A stretch of 64,000 bases of DNA from Lama guanicoe (taxonomy: Eukaryota). Where the stretch lies: positions 13,313,950 to 13,377,949 of the forward strand of contig MU054323.1 of NCBI GenBank assembly GCA_013239625.1, written 5' to 3'. The notes under the pieces were generated by a model. The model saw nothing but the letters and a program-made list of their open reading frames with translations. It had not been told where the DNA came from and ran no database searches. Shown in pieces: positions 63,179-64,000 of the stretch. The position numbers and the translations under genes were made by a program. Within the stretch, counting starts at the first letter, position 1, and each line of letters begins with the position of its first letter.

Positions 63179-63689
63179 TGGAAGGAAGGCCCCAATGGAC
63201 TCTGGCAGAACCGTGGCTTGGGAGTTGGAACACTTTAAGTCTGTGTGATAGTGAGACTTCACTCAATATTCTGAGTTTCTGTCTCTGGCTTTCAAAGGTT
63301 ATCATGAGGATTAAGTAAGATAACACATGTAAATATATATTTATAGAAAGGCACATGCCTTAAAGGGTATTCTGTTCAGAGAATATTGTTGGTGCCATTA
63401 GGAAATCTACAGACTGTTTTGTCAAATATGAAGTAGCATCTCGGAAGCTGTATTTACAAATATACTTTCTCTACTAATGTTTTGGGCATTGCTCCTGAAA
63501 CAGAAAAGCCTGATTGTGTTTCTCCATCTGTGAATTGTTCCCAAGTTTAAGAACTTTATATTGCTTTGTCTTTAAGACAAATATAAATATTATATAATAT
63601 CTAACTTGAAGCCCAGTATTGGTTAGATTCTTCTCTTTAACTGAAAGATCAAAGCTGACTCCTCTATTTCTCCATTTTTGTCCCCACAG

Positions 63690-63818
63690 ATGCAGATGAA
63701 TGCCTACTTTTTGGACAAGAAATCTGCAAAAATGGCTTCTGTTTGAACACTCAGCCTGGTTATGAATGCTACTGTAAACAAGGGACATACTATGACCCTG
63801 TCAAATTGCAGTGCTTTG
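63690..63818 (+). CDS. LTBP1: LTBP1 exon, cbEGF ([43 protein letters not shown])
   Basis: ccccacag|AT acceptor; TTTG|gtaaat donor; 129 nt. Confidence 0.96.
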
Positions 63819-64000
63819 GTAAATTTTAAAAGGATATAGTGTGATATGCTGTGAAAATACACAAATGGGAAGAAATAAGTAATGCTATGCATCAGAACAA
63901 TTTCTTTGCATCTAAATCATGTGTTGAAAAGATCCGTGAATCTTTTATGGATCTTTTCCTTGAGCAAGATTGAAGAAAATGAAAACCCTTCATACTACTA

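Larger units (their letters stand above)
1..64000 (+). other. LTBP1: Internal portion of the LTBP1 gene (10 coding exons plus introns; gene extends beyond both window ends)
   Basis: Spliced exons give one open frame of 426 codons: tandem cbEGF repeats, then an 8-Cys/TB domain ([55 protein letters not shown]), then a cbEGF. This matches LTBP1 as I recall it. All introns are GT-AG. Confidence 0.97.

Noticed and set aside
3924-63818. Fibrillin or LTBP2/3/4 identity
   Set aside because: The TB domain with [19 protein letters not shown] and the surrounding EGF sequences match LTBP1; fibrillin TB domains lack the two-residue insertion
1-64000. Prokaryotic-type systems (CRISPR arrays, operons, defence islands)
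   Set aside because: The sequence is mammalian intron/exon DNA; no regularly spaced repeat-spacer array or operon structure

Overview
Mammalian (eukaryotic) genomic DNA, almost certainly from a camelid given its tRNA-Ala-derived vic-1-like SINEs. The whole window lies inside the LTBP1 gene (latent TGF-beta binding protein 1) on the + strand. Ten GT-AG coding exons can be read directly (3924-4046, 9260-9382, 11882-12004, 18259-18381, 22969-23094, 46657-46782, 50163-50306, 61963-62139, 62855-62938, 63690-63818). They total 1278 nt (426 codons) and are all phase 1-1. They encode seven tandem calcium-binding EGF domains, the TGF-beta/LAP-binding 8-Cys (TB3) domain with its FP insertion, and the next cbEGF. 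The other ~98% is intron, containing young L1 3' ends, old L1M/L2/MIR, Tigger2-, MER44- and MER58-like DNA transposons, MaLR fragments, microsatellites and N-gaps inside young L1s. I see no novel gene system. The best leads are competing inverted L1 pairs around exons (circRNA/ADAR hypothesis), a dense intronic mini CpG island, possible retroposed poly(A) fragments, a compound inverted L1 insertion, lineage-specific protein changes (no RGD), and splice/polyadenylation variants. Repeat subfamily names and human comparisons are from memory and need RepeatMasker or alignment confirmation.
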